Part shown: one piece after another, positions 40,125 to 49,846 of the stretch | Layout of the letters: each line of letters begins with the position of its first letter | Numbering within the stretch: position 1 is the first letter of the stretch | Source: Truepera sp. | Lineage (GTDB): Bacteria; Deinococcota; Deinococci; Deinococcales; Trueperaceae | DNA length: 64,000 nt | Direction of reading: 5' to 3' | Assembly: GCA_965218435.1 (NCBI GenBank) | Contig: CBDCKW010000009.1 | Location: forward strand, 2,592,001 to 2,656,000 | Notes under the pieces: generated by a model | Database searches by the model: none | Told to the model about the DNA's origin: nothing | Seen by the model: the letters and a program-made list of their open reading frames with translations, nothing else | Program-made: the position numbers and the translations under genes

Positions 40125-40840
40125 CTCAGCAAACGAAGCAACCCGCCGCTGTAGCGCCGGTACTACCGCCGCCTGTTTATCTCTTAGGCGTTGACCTGGC
40201 ACAATCCGCTGATTTCACCGCGCTAGTCGTGCTTGAGTGCTCGTTCGTTGATACCGGCAAAGTTGAGAACGGCCTGCCCAGCATGACCGTCAGACTGCCG
40301 AGCGGACGCTCTTACGGGGGTGAGTCTCGCACCCGTCCGGTCTATGAACACCACTACGCTTGCCGTCACCTCGAGCGATTACCACGGGGTACGCCCTACC
40401 CGGCTCAGGTTGCAAGGATTAAGCAGCTATCGGATGAACTCACCAAGACCACTGGAACGACGCCGCGCCTGGTAGCTGACGCGACCGGCGTTGGTAGGCC
40501 GGTTTTGGACATGCTGCGCTCTGCTGGACTCTCACCAGCTGCAATTACGATTACCGGCGGCGATAACGTTTCACAAGATGGGCTCGACTACCGCGTTCCT
40601 AAAAGAGATTTGGTCTCCGTGATACAGGTGCTTTTGCAAAGTCAACGGCTGAAGATTGCCCGCGCCTTACCCGAAGCCGATACCCTCACCGCTGAACTCT
40701 TATCGTTCAAAGTGTCTATCAGACTGAAGGGTCATGATAGTTACGGAAACGATAAGGGCGAATGGCGCGAGAACCCGCATGATGATTTGGTTTTGGCGTG
40801 TTCACTCGCTGCTTGGTTTGGGGAGACGCAGCGGCGTTGA
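40121..40840 (+). CDS. Large terminase, RNase H-like nuclease domain only
   Basis: LGVDLAQSADFTA, VADATGVG, HDDLVLA; own GGAGG RBS at 40110 and ATGA overlap. Confidence 0.82.
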   Translation: MTQQTKQPAAVAPVLPPPVYLLGVDLAQSADFTALVVLECSFVDTGKVENGLPSMTVRLPSGRSYGGESRTRPVYEHHYACRHLERLPRGTPYPAQVARIKQLSDELTKTTGTTPRLVADATGVGRPVLDMLRSAGLSPAAITITGGDNVSQDGLDYRVPKRDLVSVIQVLLQSQRLKIARALPEADTLTAELLSFKVSIRLKGHDSYGNDKGEWRENPHDDLVLACSLAAWFGETQRR

Positions 40841-40858
40841 CGCTCATGTCAGTACGCA

Positions 40859-40893
40859 TAAAAGAGCCCCGGCGCGTTGACCGGGGCTTCTCT
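40859..40893. terminator. Bidirectional terminator between convergent operons
   Basis: GAGCCCCGG-loop-CCGGGGCTT with flanking A-rich and T-rich tracts. Confidence 0.7.
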
Positions 40894-40906
40894 GGTGTTG
40901 GGGAAC

Positions 40907-41245
40907 CTACGCCGCTTCTCGGTAGCTCTCTACCTCTAACATCCGCACCTGATACCAGCATAAATCCCACTCGAGCCGTGCCGGTTCAAAAGCACACCGG
41001 GCTTCTGTCAGCGCGTCCTCTGCCTCAGCTAAGGCGGTGTAGTCGGATGAAAGCTCGAGCCTAAGCTTAGTGGCCCGCTCCCGTTTGTTCCTGCCGTCAA
41101 CGCTTTCACACAGTTTTAGGGCTTCAGTGTGCTCGAGCGTCCGCTTAGCTTCAGCGTGGGCTGTGACCGCACCGCATAAGGTGATCTGGGCATCCTCTAG
41201 TCCGTTCTTAGCGGTTGTCAGTTGGGAGAGAAGAGGGGGCATCAT
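40907..41245 (-). CDS. Small coiled-coil hypothetical phage protein
   Basis: Helical 112-aa ORF, ATGA-coupled to the upstream ORF. Confidence 0.6.
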   Translation of the reverse strand: MMPPLLSQLTTAKNGLEDAQITLCGAVTAHAEAKRTLEHTEALKLCESVDGRNKRERATKLRLELSSDYTALAEAEDALTEARCAFEPARLEWDLCWYQVRMLEVESYREAA

Positions 41246-41404
41246 GCTGCCTCTCCCCAGAAGTCATAGTCAGGTACTTCGTCTTGGATGATTGGGGGCA
41301 GTTCATCGTCTGCCCCGTCGTCCTCTGCCGCTAGCTCACAGAGCTTGCAAGTCCTCTTCACGGTCGCTGTACATCTCAATATCTGCGAAGGTAAAGGGGC
41401 TCAT
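41242..41404 (-). pseudogene. Frameshifted small, highly acidic protein
   Basis: MSPFTFADIEMYSDREEDLQAL* then ELAAEDDGADDELPPIIQDEVPDYDFWGEAA* in another frame. Confidence 0.45.
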
Positions 41405-41446
41405 TACAGAGCCCGCCTTGCGACACGTACCGCTTGATGGTGTACT

Positions 41447-41608
41447 TTACTTAGACACGAGGTTAAAGGCAGTGTCTAAAACCTCCCAGACGGTGCCCCA
41501 AGTCTGTAAGGAACCGACGATGTCGGAACCGCGTACTAAATCATACGCCTTGATAGGGGTGCGGTAGCTTGCGCCGTCTTGCTTGTGAAGGGTGATGGTA
41601 TTCTGCAT
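41447..41608 (-). CDS. 53-aa hypothetical protein, first gene divergent from the HTH regulator
   Basis: TAGGAG RBS; MQNTITLHKQDGASYRTPIKAYDLVRGSDIVGSLQTWGTVWEVLDTAFNLVSK. Confidence 0.5.
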   Translation of the reverse strand: MQNTITLHKQDGASYRTPIKAYDLVRGSDIVGSLQTWGTVWEVLDTAFNLVSK

Positions 41609-41772
41609 TTTAATCTCCTACTTACGGGATTCTAAGGGGCTTGCTTTTGCGGGCTCTGCCCCTTAGTGACTTAATGGTACCATGAGCTTTGGTATATATC
41701 AAGTACCTTGTAATCCCTTTTACTTTGTAGTAGTATAGACACATGGTAATACAAAGCCCTAATATATAGGAC

Positions 41773-42024
41773 GTGAAAGACAAAGCCATTTGGAAACTCC
41801 CAGAGCTATTAAAGCGTGAGGGCATTACGCCCTATCGGTTGCATAAAGACATAGAAGCAAGTGAGGGCGGCAAAGCCTCACGCAACACGATTTATAGATG
41901 GTCTAACGAACTGCCAGACACGTTAGATGTAGCGCTACTTATGAGTGTGCTCTACGCGGTGCGTGCCCGAACGGGTAAGGCTTTAAGTGTGTGCGACTTG
42001 CTCGAGTATAGAGAAGAGGCTTAA
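41773..42024 (+). CDS. XRE/Cro-like HTH regulator
   Basis: WKLPELLKREGITPYRL...SRNTIYRW...CDLLEY; directly upstream of the integrase. Confidence 0.8.
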   Translation: MKDKAIWKLPELLKREGITPYRLHKDIEASEGGKASRNTIYRWSNELPDTLDVALLMSVLYAVRARTGKALSVCDLLEYREEA

Positions 42025-42026
42025 AG

Positions 42027-43202
42027 GTGGCAGGGTCAAGAGGACAGATACTCGAGCGTAACTACGGCTTTCTCGTGCGGGTATTCGTCGGCAGAGACGC
42101 CACCGGCACCCGCATCTATCACAACCAAAAGGTAACGGGCACTAAGAAAGATGCCCAAAAGATACTGACGGCTGTTTTACGCAAGCTCGATATGGGCGAA
42201 CTCTTACTCGAGCCCTCAACCCAAACGGTAGAAGCGTACTGTGAGGACTGGCTTACGACGATTGCCCAGGGGCGTTTAGCTAAGAGCACCTTTAAGAATT
42301 ACTGCCACTACCTACGCAAACAGGTCTATCCGGCTGTGGGTAAGCAGAAGCTTGTGAGACTTGCCTCGAGAGACGTACAGAAGCTTTACGGCGATCTCTC
42401 AGCACGGGGTCTGTCCGGGCGCACCGTCCGCTACACGCACACCGTCCTCAACTCGGCACTAGAACACGCGGTAGCGCAGCGGCTTATACCCAGTAACCCT
42501 TGCAGGTACACCCAACTCCCCCGGCTCGACACGAAAGAGATGAACGCGATGAATGAGGCAGAGCGGGCCGCGTTTATAGAGGCTGCCACCCATAACCGGA
42601 TGCACGTCTACTTTGCGCTACTGCTAGCCACAGGCTTACGACCGGCTGAAGGGTTAGCCCTCAAGTGGGGAGACTTCGACCCGGTAAGCAAGACGCTACG
42701 CATCACCCGGACGCTCGAGTATGTTTCAGGTAAGGCGTATTTTAAGGAACCTAAGACGAAACGCTCACGGCGCACCATCAACTTGCATGACGGCACCGTG
42801 GCGCTGCTGTTAGAGCACAGACAAACGGGACTCATGCCGGGTGAACTGATTTTCAGCACGCTCACAGGTGAACCCTTTTACACAAATAACGTACTCAACC
42901 GCTACTTTAAGCCGTGCCTGGTAGCGGCAGGGCTGGCGACGGTTGAGGCGACCGCTAAGGGAACCGAGCGCATCGTGTCGAAGTTTCGGATGTACGACCT
43001 ACGCCATACCCACGCGACGATGTTGCTCGAGGCAAACGTCAACCCTAAAATTGTCAGCGAACGCTTGGGCCACGCTTCAGTCTCGCTTACCTTAGACACC
43101 TACAGCCACATTTTACCGACAATTCAAGATGCCGCAGTAGAGGCGCTAGGTTCAGCTCTTTATAGCGGGTCAAAAGTAGCTTTAGACCTACCCCTAAATT
43201 AG
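42027..43202 (+). CDS. Tyrosine integrase (phage/ICE type)
   Basis: TGLRPAE, PKT, YDLRHTHAT, LGH, TLDTYSH; N-terminal arm-binding and SAM-like domains. Confidence 0.95.
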   Translation: MAGSRGQILERNYGFLVRVFVGRDATGTRIYHNQKVTGTKKDAQKILTAVLRKLDMGELLLEPSTQTVEAYCEDWLTTIAQGRLAKSTFKNYCHYLRKQVYPAVGKQKLVRLASRDVQKLYGDLSARGLSGRTVRYTHTVLNSALEHAVAQRLIPSNPCRYTQLPRLDTKEMNAMNEAERAAFIEAATHNRMHVYFALLLATGLRPAEGLALKWGDFDPVSKTLRITRTLEYVSGKAYFKEPKTKRSRRTINLHDGTVALLLEHRQTGLMPGELIFSTLTGEPFYTNNVLNRYFKPCLVAAGLATVEATAKGTERIVSKFRMYDLRHTHATMLLEANVNPKIVSERLGHASVSLTLDTYSHILPTIQDAAVEALGSALYSGSKVALDLPLN

Positions 43203-43235
43203 TTTGGCACACGTCCGGCACATGAAATAGAAAAC

Positions 43236-43263
43236 GGTGAGGCTCTTAAGTGCGAGCCTCACC
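43236..43263. terminator. Hairpin terminator between the integrase and tRNA-Thr
   Basis: GGTGAGGCTC-N8-GAGCCTCACC. Confidence 0.7.
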
Positions 43264-43294
43264 TTAGTTTTATCGTCCCTGACGGTGTTTTTAC

Positions 43295-43369
43295 TGGAGC
43301 CGATGGTCGGAGTTGAACCGACGACCTATCGATTACGAATCGATTGCTCTACCTCTGAGCTACATCGGC
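43295..43369 (-). tRNA. tRNA-Thr(CGT)
   Basis: GCCGATGTAGCTCAG...ATCGA-TTCGTAA-TCGAT...GGTTCAACTCC...ATCGGCTCCA. Confidence 0.95.
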
Positions 43370-43379
43370 GGGAGTGTAG

Positions 43380-43455
43380 TGGTGGCCAGAGGCGGGCTTG
43401 AACCGCCGACACCACGATTTTCAGTCGTGTGCTCTACCGGCTGAGCTATCTGGCC
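43380..43455 (-). tRNA. tRNA-Phe(GAA)
   Basis: GGCCAGATAGCTCAG...CACGA-CTGAAAA-TCGTG...TCTGGCCACCA. Confidence 0.95.
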
Positions 43456-43506
43456 ATGCTCATTAGTATCATCAATGGCAAGTCATTGATGATACCTTTA
43501 ACTTGT

Positions 43507-43582
43507 TGGCGGAGCCGACGGGATTTGAACCCGCGACCTTCTGCGTGACAGGCAGATATGCTAACCCCTACACTACGGCTCC
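43507..43582 (-). tRNA. tRNA-Asp(GTC)
   Basis: GGAGCCGTAGTGTAGGGG...TCTGC-CTGTCAC-GCAGA...GGCTCCGCCA. Confidence 0.95.
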
Positions 43583-43639
43583 ACAATGTGATCTTAACCA
43601 TGCGGTATTACAGTTCTACTACCCCGAAGGGCAAGCGGT

Positions 43640-43669
43640 ATGATACCCAAGAATTTGGGGGCTTGTCAA
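43640..43669 (-). promoter_or_regulatory. Sigma-70-type promoter of the tRNA operon
   Basis: TTGACA-N18-TATCAT on the minus strand; -35 overlaps the upstream gene's stop codon. Confidence 0.6.
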
Positions 43670-44550
43670 CGCGGGTAGAGCACGACGTCTAAGATAATAG
43701 CCACGAGCATCACACCACTGACGTAGAGGTTGCCGTTAAATGAGCGCAGCGCGTCGCCCAAGTCCTTTGAATGTGCAATTTTTTGTCCCCAAATCAGCAC
43801 CGCCGCAACGACGATGAGGCCGAGGGCGAAAGGCCAGTGTGACCCTGACAAGGGCAGCGTCAAGGCTAAAAAACCCCACGCTAAGAGGTGAAAGGCGGCG
43901 GCGACCTCGAGCGCCCGCTCCACCCCGAAGTCCGCCGGAATGCTGTGAACATGGTTTCGAACATCATGCTTATAATCCAACACGCCGTAAATCACATCAA
44001 ACCCGGCAATCCAGCAGGCCACCCCTGCCCAGAGCGCCCAGGTCGCCGGGGCAAAACTTCCGGTGACGGCAATCCAACCCCCTGCCGCAGCCGCCCCAAT
44101 CGTTACACCGAGCCAAACGTGACAGAGCCAAGTAAAGCGTTTGAGATACGGGTAGAGCGTCAGAAAAACGACCGCGACCGGCAGCAGCGCCAGCGTCAGC
44201 GGATTGAGCGACCAACCTGCAACGATCAGAAGAGCAAACCCGACTAACGCCAGCGCGAAGCCGTTACGTTTTTTGAGGACGCCCCTGGGGATTTCGCGGC
44301 CTGCTGTGCGCGGATTGCGGGCGTCGAGGTCCGCGTCAATGACCCGGTTGAGGGCCATACTCGCGGTACGCGCCCCGACCATCGCCACAGTAATCCAGAA
44401 AAATACATTCCACCCCGGCCAGTTTCTGGTTGCCAAGAGCATCCCGCCGTAGGCAAAGGGGAGCGCAAAAAGCGTGTGTTCAAACTTGACAAAATCCAAG
44501 TAGGTTTTGAGAGTACGCTTAGGGGAAGCGGACGCGGCGGCTTGGTTCAC
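43666..44550 (-). CDS. UbiA-family prenyltransferase (MqnP-like, menaquinone futalosine pathway)
   Basis: VKFEHTLFALPF, NRVIDADLDARNPRT, YPYLKRFT, GFDVIY. Confidence 0.85.
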   Translation of the reverse strand: MNQAAASASPKRTLKTYLDFVKFEHTLFALPFAYGGMLLATRNWPGWNVFFWITVAMVGARTASMALNRVIDADLDARNPRTAGREIPRGVLKKRNGFALALVGFALLIVAGWSLNPLTLALLPVAVVFLTLYPYLKRFTWLCHVWLGVTIGAAAAGGWIAVTGSFAPATWALWAGVACWIAGFDVIYGVLDYKHDVRNHVHSIPADFGVERALEVAAAFHLLAWGFLALTLPLSGSHWPFALGLIVVAAVLIWGQKIAHSKDLGDALRSFNGNLYVSGVMLVAIILDVVLYPR

Positions 44551-44713
44551 CCCTTTATGGTAGCACCGCCCGACATAGGCGCAGGATGCTTAACAAGCAT
44601 TTGCGAAAAGATGCCGATGAGCCGTACGGAACGTAAGTTAGGGATAGATTTCGTTCTGAAATGGGCGTTTATGACTAGAAGATAGCTGCTGTATGATGCA
44701 GCTATAAGGAGGC

Positions 44714-46354
44714 ATGATGACCCAAACTGAGACTGCCGCAGCCTGGAGTGTTCTACAAGAACACCGAGAAGAGATGCAAGGCGTGGAGATGCGCCACCTG
44801 TTCGACGAAGACCCCGCGCGTTTCGAGACTTTTTCATTGCGGTTAGGGAACCTCTTGTTCGACTACTCCAAAAACCGCGTGACGCAAGAGACGGTGGACA
44901 AACTTGTCGCGCTGGCTCAAGCTGCTGGCGTACCCGAACTGCGTGACGCGATGTTTCGTGGTGATAAGATCAACACCACTGAAAACCGCGCCGTACTGCA
45001 CATCGCGCTGCGAAATCGCCCCGACCATCCTATTTACGTGGACGGCGAAGACGTGATGCCGAGCGTAACCCAGACCTTAGACAAGATGCGCACCTTTTCC
45101 GACGCCGTTCGTAGCGGCTCGTGGCAGGGCTATACGGGCGAAGAGATCACCGATATCGTCAACGTCGGCATCGGCGGTTCGGACTTGGGGCCGAAGATGG
45201 TCACGCACGCGCTGATCCCTTACGGGCACCCACGCCTCAACGTTCACTATGTGTCGAACGTTGACGGCAGCGACATCTCCGAAACGCTAAAGCGGCTCAA
45301 ACCCGAAACGACCCTCTTTTTAATCGCGTCAAAGACGTTTACGACTCAGGAAACGATGACCAACGCAGCGACCGCAAGGGACTGGCTCTTGGCGACTGCC
45401 AAAGACGACAGCGCCGTCGCCAAGCACTTTGTCGCCATGTCAACGAATGAACAGGCCGTCGCAGCGTTCGGCATTGACCCTGAGAATATGTTCGAGTTTT
45501 CCGATTGGGTGGGTGGACGCTACTCACTCTGGAGCGCGATTGGGCTCTCAATTGCCCTTTACGTCGGGATGGATAACTTTGACGCACTCTTAGCGGGCGC
45601 ACGCACAGCCGACGAGCACTTTTTGAATGCGCCGCTGTCTGAAAATATCCCGGTCATCATGGGCGTGTTAGGCGTGTGGTACAACAATTTTTTTGACGCG
45701 CAGACCCACGCGATTTTGCCTTATGACTATTACCTCGAGTATTTTCCCAGTTATTTTCAGCAAGGCGATATGGAATCAAACGGCAAAAGCACGACCCGCG
45801 AGGGCGAGCCGGTAACAGAAAGCACCGGTCCCGTCATCTGGGGTCAACCCGGCACCAACGGCCAGCACGCGTTTTATCAGCTCATCCATCAAGGCACCAA
45901 GCTCATCCCCTGCGACTTTTTGGCCGCCGCCAAAACGCACAACCCGGTCGGAGAGCATCACGAAATCTTGCTCTCAAACTTCTTCGCTCAAACCGAAGCA
46001 CTCATGAAAGGCCGCACCTTTGAAGAGGCAAAAGCCGAAGTCGGGCAAAGCGCGGATGGCGTTGACCCTGACCTATTAGCCGCGTCGAAGACGTTTCCCG
46101 GCAACCGTCCGACGAACAGCTTTTTGTATGAGGAACTCGACCCCAAAACGCTCGGGACGCTGATTGCGCTTTACGAGCACAAAATTTTTACGCAAGGTGC
46201 AATTTGGAACATCAACTCGTTTGACCAGATGGGCGTTGAACTCGGGAAGGTGTTGGCGAAGAAGATTTTGCCGGAGCTCGAGGGCGACGAAGAGGTTAGG
46301 AGCCACGACAGCAGTACGAATGGGCTGATTAACGCCTATAAAGAGCTGCGCTAG
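44714..46354 (+). CDS. pgi: Glucose-6-phosphate isomerase
   Basis: [43 protein letters not shown]. Confidence 0.98.
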   Translation: MMTQTETAAAWSVLQEHREEMQGVEMRHLFDEDPARFETFSLRLGNLLFDYSKNRVTQETVDKLVALAQAAGVPELRDAMFRGDKINTTENRAVLHIALRNRPDHPIYVDGEDVMPSVTQTLDKMRTFSDAVRSGSWQGYTGEEITDIVNVGIGGSDLGPKMVTHALIPYGHPRLNVHYVSNVDGSDISETLKRLKPETTLFLIASKTFTTQETMTNAATARDWLLATAKDDSAVAKHFVAMSTNEQAVAAFGIDPENMFEFSDWVGGRYSLWSAIGLSIALYVGMDNFDALLAGARTADEHFLNAPLSENIPVIMGVLGVWYNNFFDAQTHAILPYDYYLEYFPSYFQQGDMESNGKSTTREGEPVTESTGPVIWGQPGTNGQHAFYQLIHQGTKLIPCDFLAAAKTHNPVGEHHEILLSNFFAQTEALMKGRTFEEAKAEVGQSADGVDPDLLAASKTFPGNRPTNSFLYEELDPKTLGTLIALYEHKIFTQGAIWNINSFDQMGVELGKVLAKKILPELEGDEEVRSHDSSTNGLINAYKELR

Positions 46355-46453
46355 GGAAGTTCTCTATAGGCAAGTACGGGGCCACTTGTACTTTGAGCTA
46401 AAAGATAGCAGCCCGTCACCGATAAAGAGACGCGCTTAAAGAAAGGGAGTCTT

Positions 46454-46651
46454 ATGACCTACAAAATTGCGTTACGCCGCTCGGAAGAAGGCTTCAGCGT
46501 TTCTGTTCCTGGCTTGCCTGGTTGCTGGTCGCAGGGTGAAACAGAAAAGGAGGCACTCGAGAATATCAGAGAGGCCATTCAAGACTACCTCTCGGTCGTT
46601 GAGGAGGAATTTCAAGACGCCGACATGCGTGAGGTTGACGTTACGGTTTGA
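46454..46651 (+). CDS. hicB: HicB-family antitoxin (short, no DNA-binding domain)
   Basis: VPGLPGCWSQGETEKEALENIREAI. Confidence 0.85.
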   Translation: MTYKIALRRSEEGFSVSVPGLPGCWSQGETEKEALENIREAIQDYLSVVEEEFQDADMREVDVTV

Positions 46652-46863
46652 TGCCCAAACTAGCTGGTATTAATCACCAGAATGCCGTTCGTGCGTTGCA
46701 GAAAGCAGGCTTTCGAGTTTCCCGACAAGGAAAACACATTGTGATGACAGATGGTGTCCGCATCCTGACAATTCCACGGGCGAAACCAGTAAACGCTTTT
46801 ACGATGGGTGGGATCGTGCGGGACGCCGGTTTGACGATTGAGGAGTTCAAGAAACTGCTGTAG
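46651..46863 (+). CDS. hicA: HicA-family mRNA interferase toxin
   Basis: ALQKAGF...RQGKHIVM...TIP...IVRDAGLTIEEF. Confidence 0.85.
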   Translation: MPKLAGINHQNAVRALQKAGFRVSRQGKHIVMTDGVRILTIPRAKPVNAFTMGGIVRDAGLTIEEFKKLL

Positions 46864-46972
46864 GGAACACCAGCTAACCCGCGCTTGCAACCGACATTCT
46901 GTAGCGTCTCCGTGACCAAGTGTTTTATTTAGTTTGATTGAGAAGAGACTAAACCACGAGCTGTTAAAGCAG

Positions 46973-47001
46973 AAAAAAGGCCAGCTGAGGTGCTGGCCTT
47001 T
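46973..47001 (-). terminator. Rho-independent terminator of clpB
   Basis: AAAGGCCAGC-loop-GCTGGCCTTT with a T-run on the minus strand. Confidence 0.75.
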
Positions 47002-47020
47002 CCTATCGTCTGCTGCCTGG

Positions 47021-49600
47021 CTAATTCAACACTTCAGCGTGCTGCTGTTTCTCAAACGTAAACCCGTTCGCACCGGGCTCGAGCCTCACATCATCGCCAT
47101 CTTGAACATCTCCCGCGATGATTTTGCGTGAGAGCGGCGTCTCAATCAGCTGCTGAATCGCCCGTTTAAGCGGCCGCGCCCCAAACACCGGATCGTAGCC
47201 GACGCGGGCGAGTTGTTCTTTCGCCCCGTCCGAAAGCGTCAGGGTAATGTGCCGCTCAGCCAAACGCTCGCGCAAGCGGCCGAGCTGAATCTCAGCGATA
47301 GCTCCGACCTGATTGCGGTCAAGCGCGTGAAAGACAATCGTGTCGTCCACACGGTTTAAGAACTCCGGGCGGAAGTGGCTCTGCAAAAGGTTAAAGACGG
47401 TGTTTTTGACACTCTCATAGTCCGCTCCGCTGCGGCTGGCCTCCAAAATCTGCGGCGAGCCGATGTTCGAGGTCATGATCACCACCGTATTGCGAAAGTC
47501 TACGGTGCGTCCCTGCGAATCGGTCAGGCGGCCGTCGTCCAAAAGTTGCAAGAGCGTGTTAAACACGTCCGGGTGCGCCTTTTCAATCTCGTCAAAGAGC
47601 AGGACGCTGTACGGGCGGCGGCGTACCGCTTCGGTGAGCTGCCCACCTTCGTCGTAACCGATATATCCCGGAGGCGCACCGATCAGCCGCGCCGTCGCGT
47701 GCCGCTCCATGTATTCAGACATATCCAAACGGACGAGGTTCTCTTCAGTGTCGAATAGGAGTTCGGCTAGCGCCTTGGCAGTCTCCGTCTTCCCTACCCC
47801 GGTCGGCCCCAAAAAGATGAAGGAACCAATCGGTCGGTTCGGGTCGGAGAGTCCGGCCCTGGCCCGCCGAATCGCATCAGCTACGGCGGTCACCGCTTCG
47901 TCTTGACCGATGACGCGGGTGTGAAGCTCATGCTCTAAGCGTAAAAGTTTTTCGCGTTCGCCCTCGAGTAACCGCGAGAGCGGGATGTTCGTCCAGCGGC
48001 TGACCACTTCAGCGATCTCGTCGGCGTCTACATCCAAACGGACGTATTTTGCGTCGGCAAGTTGGGCCTCGAGGTCACGTAAGGTCTCAGTAAGCTTCGG
48101 CAACCGTCCGTACTGCAACTCGGCAGCTTTATTCAGGTCGTACTCGCGTTGCGCCGCCTCCATCTGGGTGCGCACCTCGTCGAGTTCGTTTTGCGCGGCG
48201 CTGTAGTCGTCGCGAATTTTCTTTTCGGCTTGCCAGTCCGAAGTCGTTTGGTTGATGCGTTCCTCGAGCCCGCGCAGCTCTTCTTCGATGCGGAGTAGGC
48301 GGTTCCCGGCCTCGGTGTCGTTCTCGAGCTTCAAGGCTTCTTGTTCGATCTCGAGCTGGAGCCTGCGCCGCCGCAGCGTGTCAATCTCTTCAGGCATACT
48401 GTCGAGCTGCACGCGAATCCGGCTCGCGGCCTCGTCAATTAAGTCAATCGCTTTGTCGGGGAGCTGCCGGTCGGCGATGTAACGGTTGGAGAGCGTCGCT
48501 GCCGCAATTATGGCAGAGTCGGTGATGGTGACGTTGTGGTGCACCTGATACTTCTCTTTAATGCCGCGCAAGATCGAGATGGTGTCTTCAACGCTCGGCT
48601 CAGCCACGACGATGGGCTGAAACCGCCGCTCGAGCGCGGCGTCTTTTTCGATGGTGCGGTATTCGCTTAAGGTGGTCGCGCCGATCATCCGGAGTTCGCC
48701 TCGAGCCAGCGGCGGTTTAAGCATATTGCCCGCGTCCACAGCACCCTCGGCCTTACCTGCGCCGACGATGGTGTGCAGCTCATCCATAAACAAGATGACT
48801 TCACCTTTGGACTGCACCGTTTCGTTGATCACCGCTTTCAGGCGCTCTTCAAACTCACCGCGAAACTTCGCCCCGGCTAAGAGTGAACCCATATCGAGGG
48901 CGATCACGCGTTTGCCGTGTAAGCCTTCGGGAATGTCTTTGTTGACGATCCGCTGCGCGAGCCCTTCGGCGATAGCGGTCTTGCCGACGCCCGGTTCACC
49001 GATGAGCACCGGATTATTTTTCGTCCGGCGCAACAAAATCTGCACGGCGCGGCGAATCTCTTCGTCGCGGCCGATCACCGGGTCGAGTGCGCCGGTACGG
49101 GCACGTTCGGTGAGGTCAATGCCGTATTTTTCCAGAGCTTCAAAGGTCGTTTCAGCGGATTTACTGTCCACGGTTCTCCCTCCACGTATCTCTTGGGCGG
49201 CCATCTCTAAAGCTTTCGCCTCGGGTAAACCGCTGAATTCTTTGCCGGCGGTGCGCCGCAGTGCCACGAGCAGCGCGTCGGCGGCAACAAACGAATCGTT
49301 CCAGGTTTTAGCAATGGTTTCAGCTTCGTCAAAAGCTTTAGCTAGGTTCGGGCTGAGGTACTGACCGTCGCTGCCGGAGACTTTCGGGAGGCCGTCAAGA
49401 ACAGTATTCAAGCTGTTCTGAGCAGCTCGAAGGTTGCCCCCGGCGCGTTCTAAGACTCGAGCTGAAGGACTGTTCGGGTCAGCTAACAACGCGGTGGCGA
49501 GGTGGGCGGGCGTTACGGTTTGGTGGCCGCGCGTCCGGGCGATCTGCTGCGCACTCTGCACAGCTTGTAAGGTTGATTCGGTAAAACGTTCTGCGTCCAT
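47021..49600 (-). CDS. clpB: ATP-dependent chaperone ClpB
   Basis: Two AAA+ modules ([16 protein letters not shown]), coiled-coil M domain with KAAELQYG; true start MDAERFT at 49600. Confidence 0.97.
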   Translation of the reverse strand: MDAERFTESTLQAVQSAQQIARTRGHQTVTPAHLATALLADPNSPSARVLERAGGNLRAAQNSLNTVLDGLPKVSGSDGQYLSPNLAKAFDEAETIAKTWNDSFVAADALLVALRRTAGKEFSGLPEAKALEMAAQEIRGGRTVDSKSAETTFEALEKYGIDLTERARTGALDPVIGRDEEIRRAVQILLRRTKNNPVLIGEPGVGKTAIAEGLAQRIVNKDIPEGLHGKRVIALDMGSLLAGAKFRGEFEERLKAVINETVQSKGEVILFMDELHTIVGAGKAEGAVDAGNMLKPPLARGELRMIGATTLSEYRTIEKDAALERRFQPIVVAEPSVEDTISILRGIKEKYQVHHNVTITDSAIIAAATLSNRYIADRQLPDKAIDLIDEAASRIRVQLDSMPEEIDTLRRRRLQLEIEQEALKLENDTEAGNRLLRIEEELRGLEERINQTTSDWQAEKKIRDDYSAAQNELDEVRTQMEAAQREYDLNKAAELQYGRLPKLTETLRDLEAQLADAKYVRLDVDADEIAEVVSRWTNIPLSRLLEGEREKLLRLEHELHTRVIGQDEAVTAVADAIRRARAGLSDPNRPIGSFIFLGPTGVGKTETAKALAELLFDTEENLVRLDMSEYMERHATARLIGAPPGYIGYDEGGQLTEAVRRRPYSVLLFDEIEKAHPDVFNTLLQLLDDGRLTDSQGRTVDFRNTVVIMTSNIGSPQILEASRSGADYESVKNTVFNLLQSHFRPEFLNRVDDTIVFHALDRNQVGAIAEIQLGRLRERLAERHITLTLSDGAKEQLARVGYDPVFGARPLKRAIQQLIETPLSRKIIAGDVQDGDDVRLEPGANGFTFEKQQHAEVLN

Positions 49601-49609
49601 AGTGTCTCT

Positions 49610-49639
49610 ATTATGAAACTTGAGCGCATTATTGTCAAG
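49610..49639 (-). promoter_or_regulatory. clpB promoter overlapped by a HAIR-like (HspR) operator
   Basis: TTGACA-N17-CATAAT ending 9 nt before ATG; CTTGAGC-N7-TGTCAAG at 49619-49639 resembles CTTGAGT-N7-ACTCAAG. Confidence 0.7.
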
Positions 49640-49846
49640 TTTATTGCGCCTGAAGATAAGCTTTATGGTTGGTCTCAACTCGAGGCGTAACAGTGTGAAG
49701 TAACGGTGTAGCTCACCCGCACAGGCTCAGCGTAGAATAGAGTCAGCAAAGCGGTTTAGCAAGTAGGTCGGTAGCGTCTGTTCGAACGCTTGATTGGGCT
49801 CGAGACAGCAGTTACAAACTACAGCAGAGTGAAAGTGAGAACAAGA

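Larger units (their letters stand above)
35845..43294. mobile_element. tRNA-Thr-associated integrated phage-satellite-like element (left end truncated)
   Basis: Integrase next to the tRNA 3' end, HTH regulator, primase, helicase, TerS-like and split TerL genes; no structural genes. Confidence 0.8.

Noticed and set aside
35845..43294. Complete prophage
   Set aside because: Too small, and lacks portal, capsid, tail and lysis genes.
48651..49364. 237-aa plus-strand ORF
   Set aside because: Antisense shadow of clpB.
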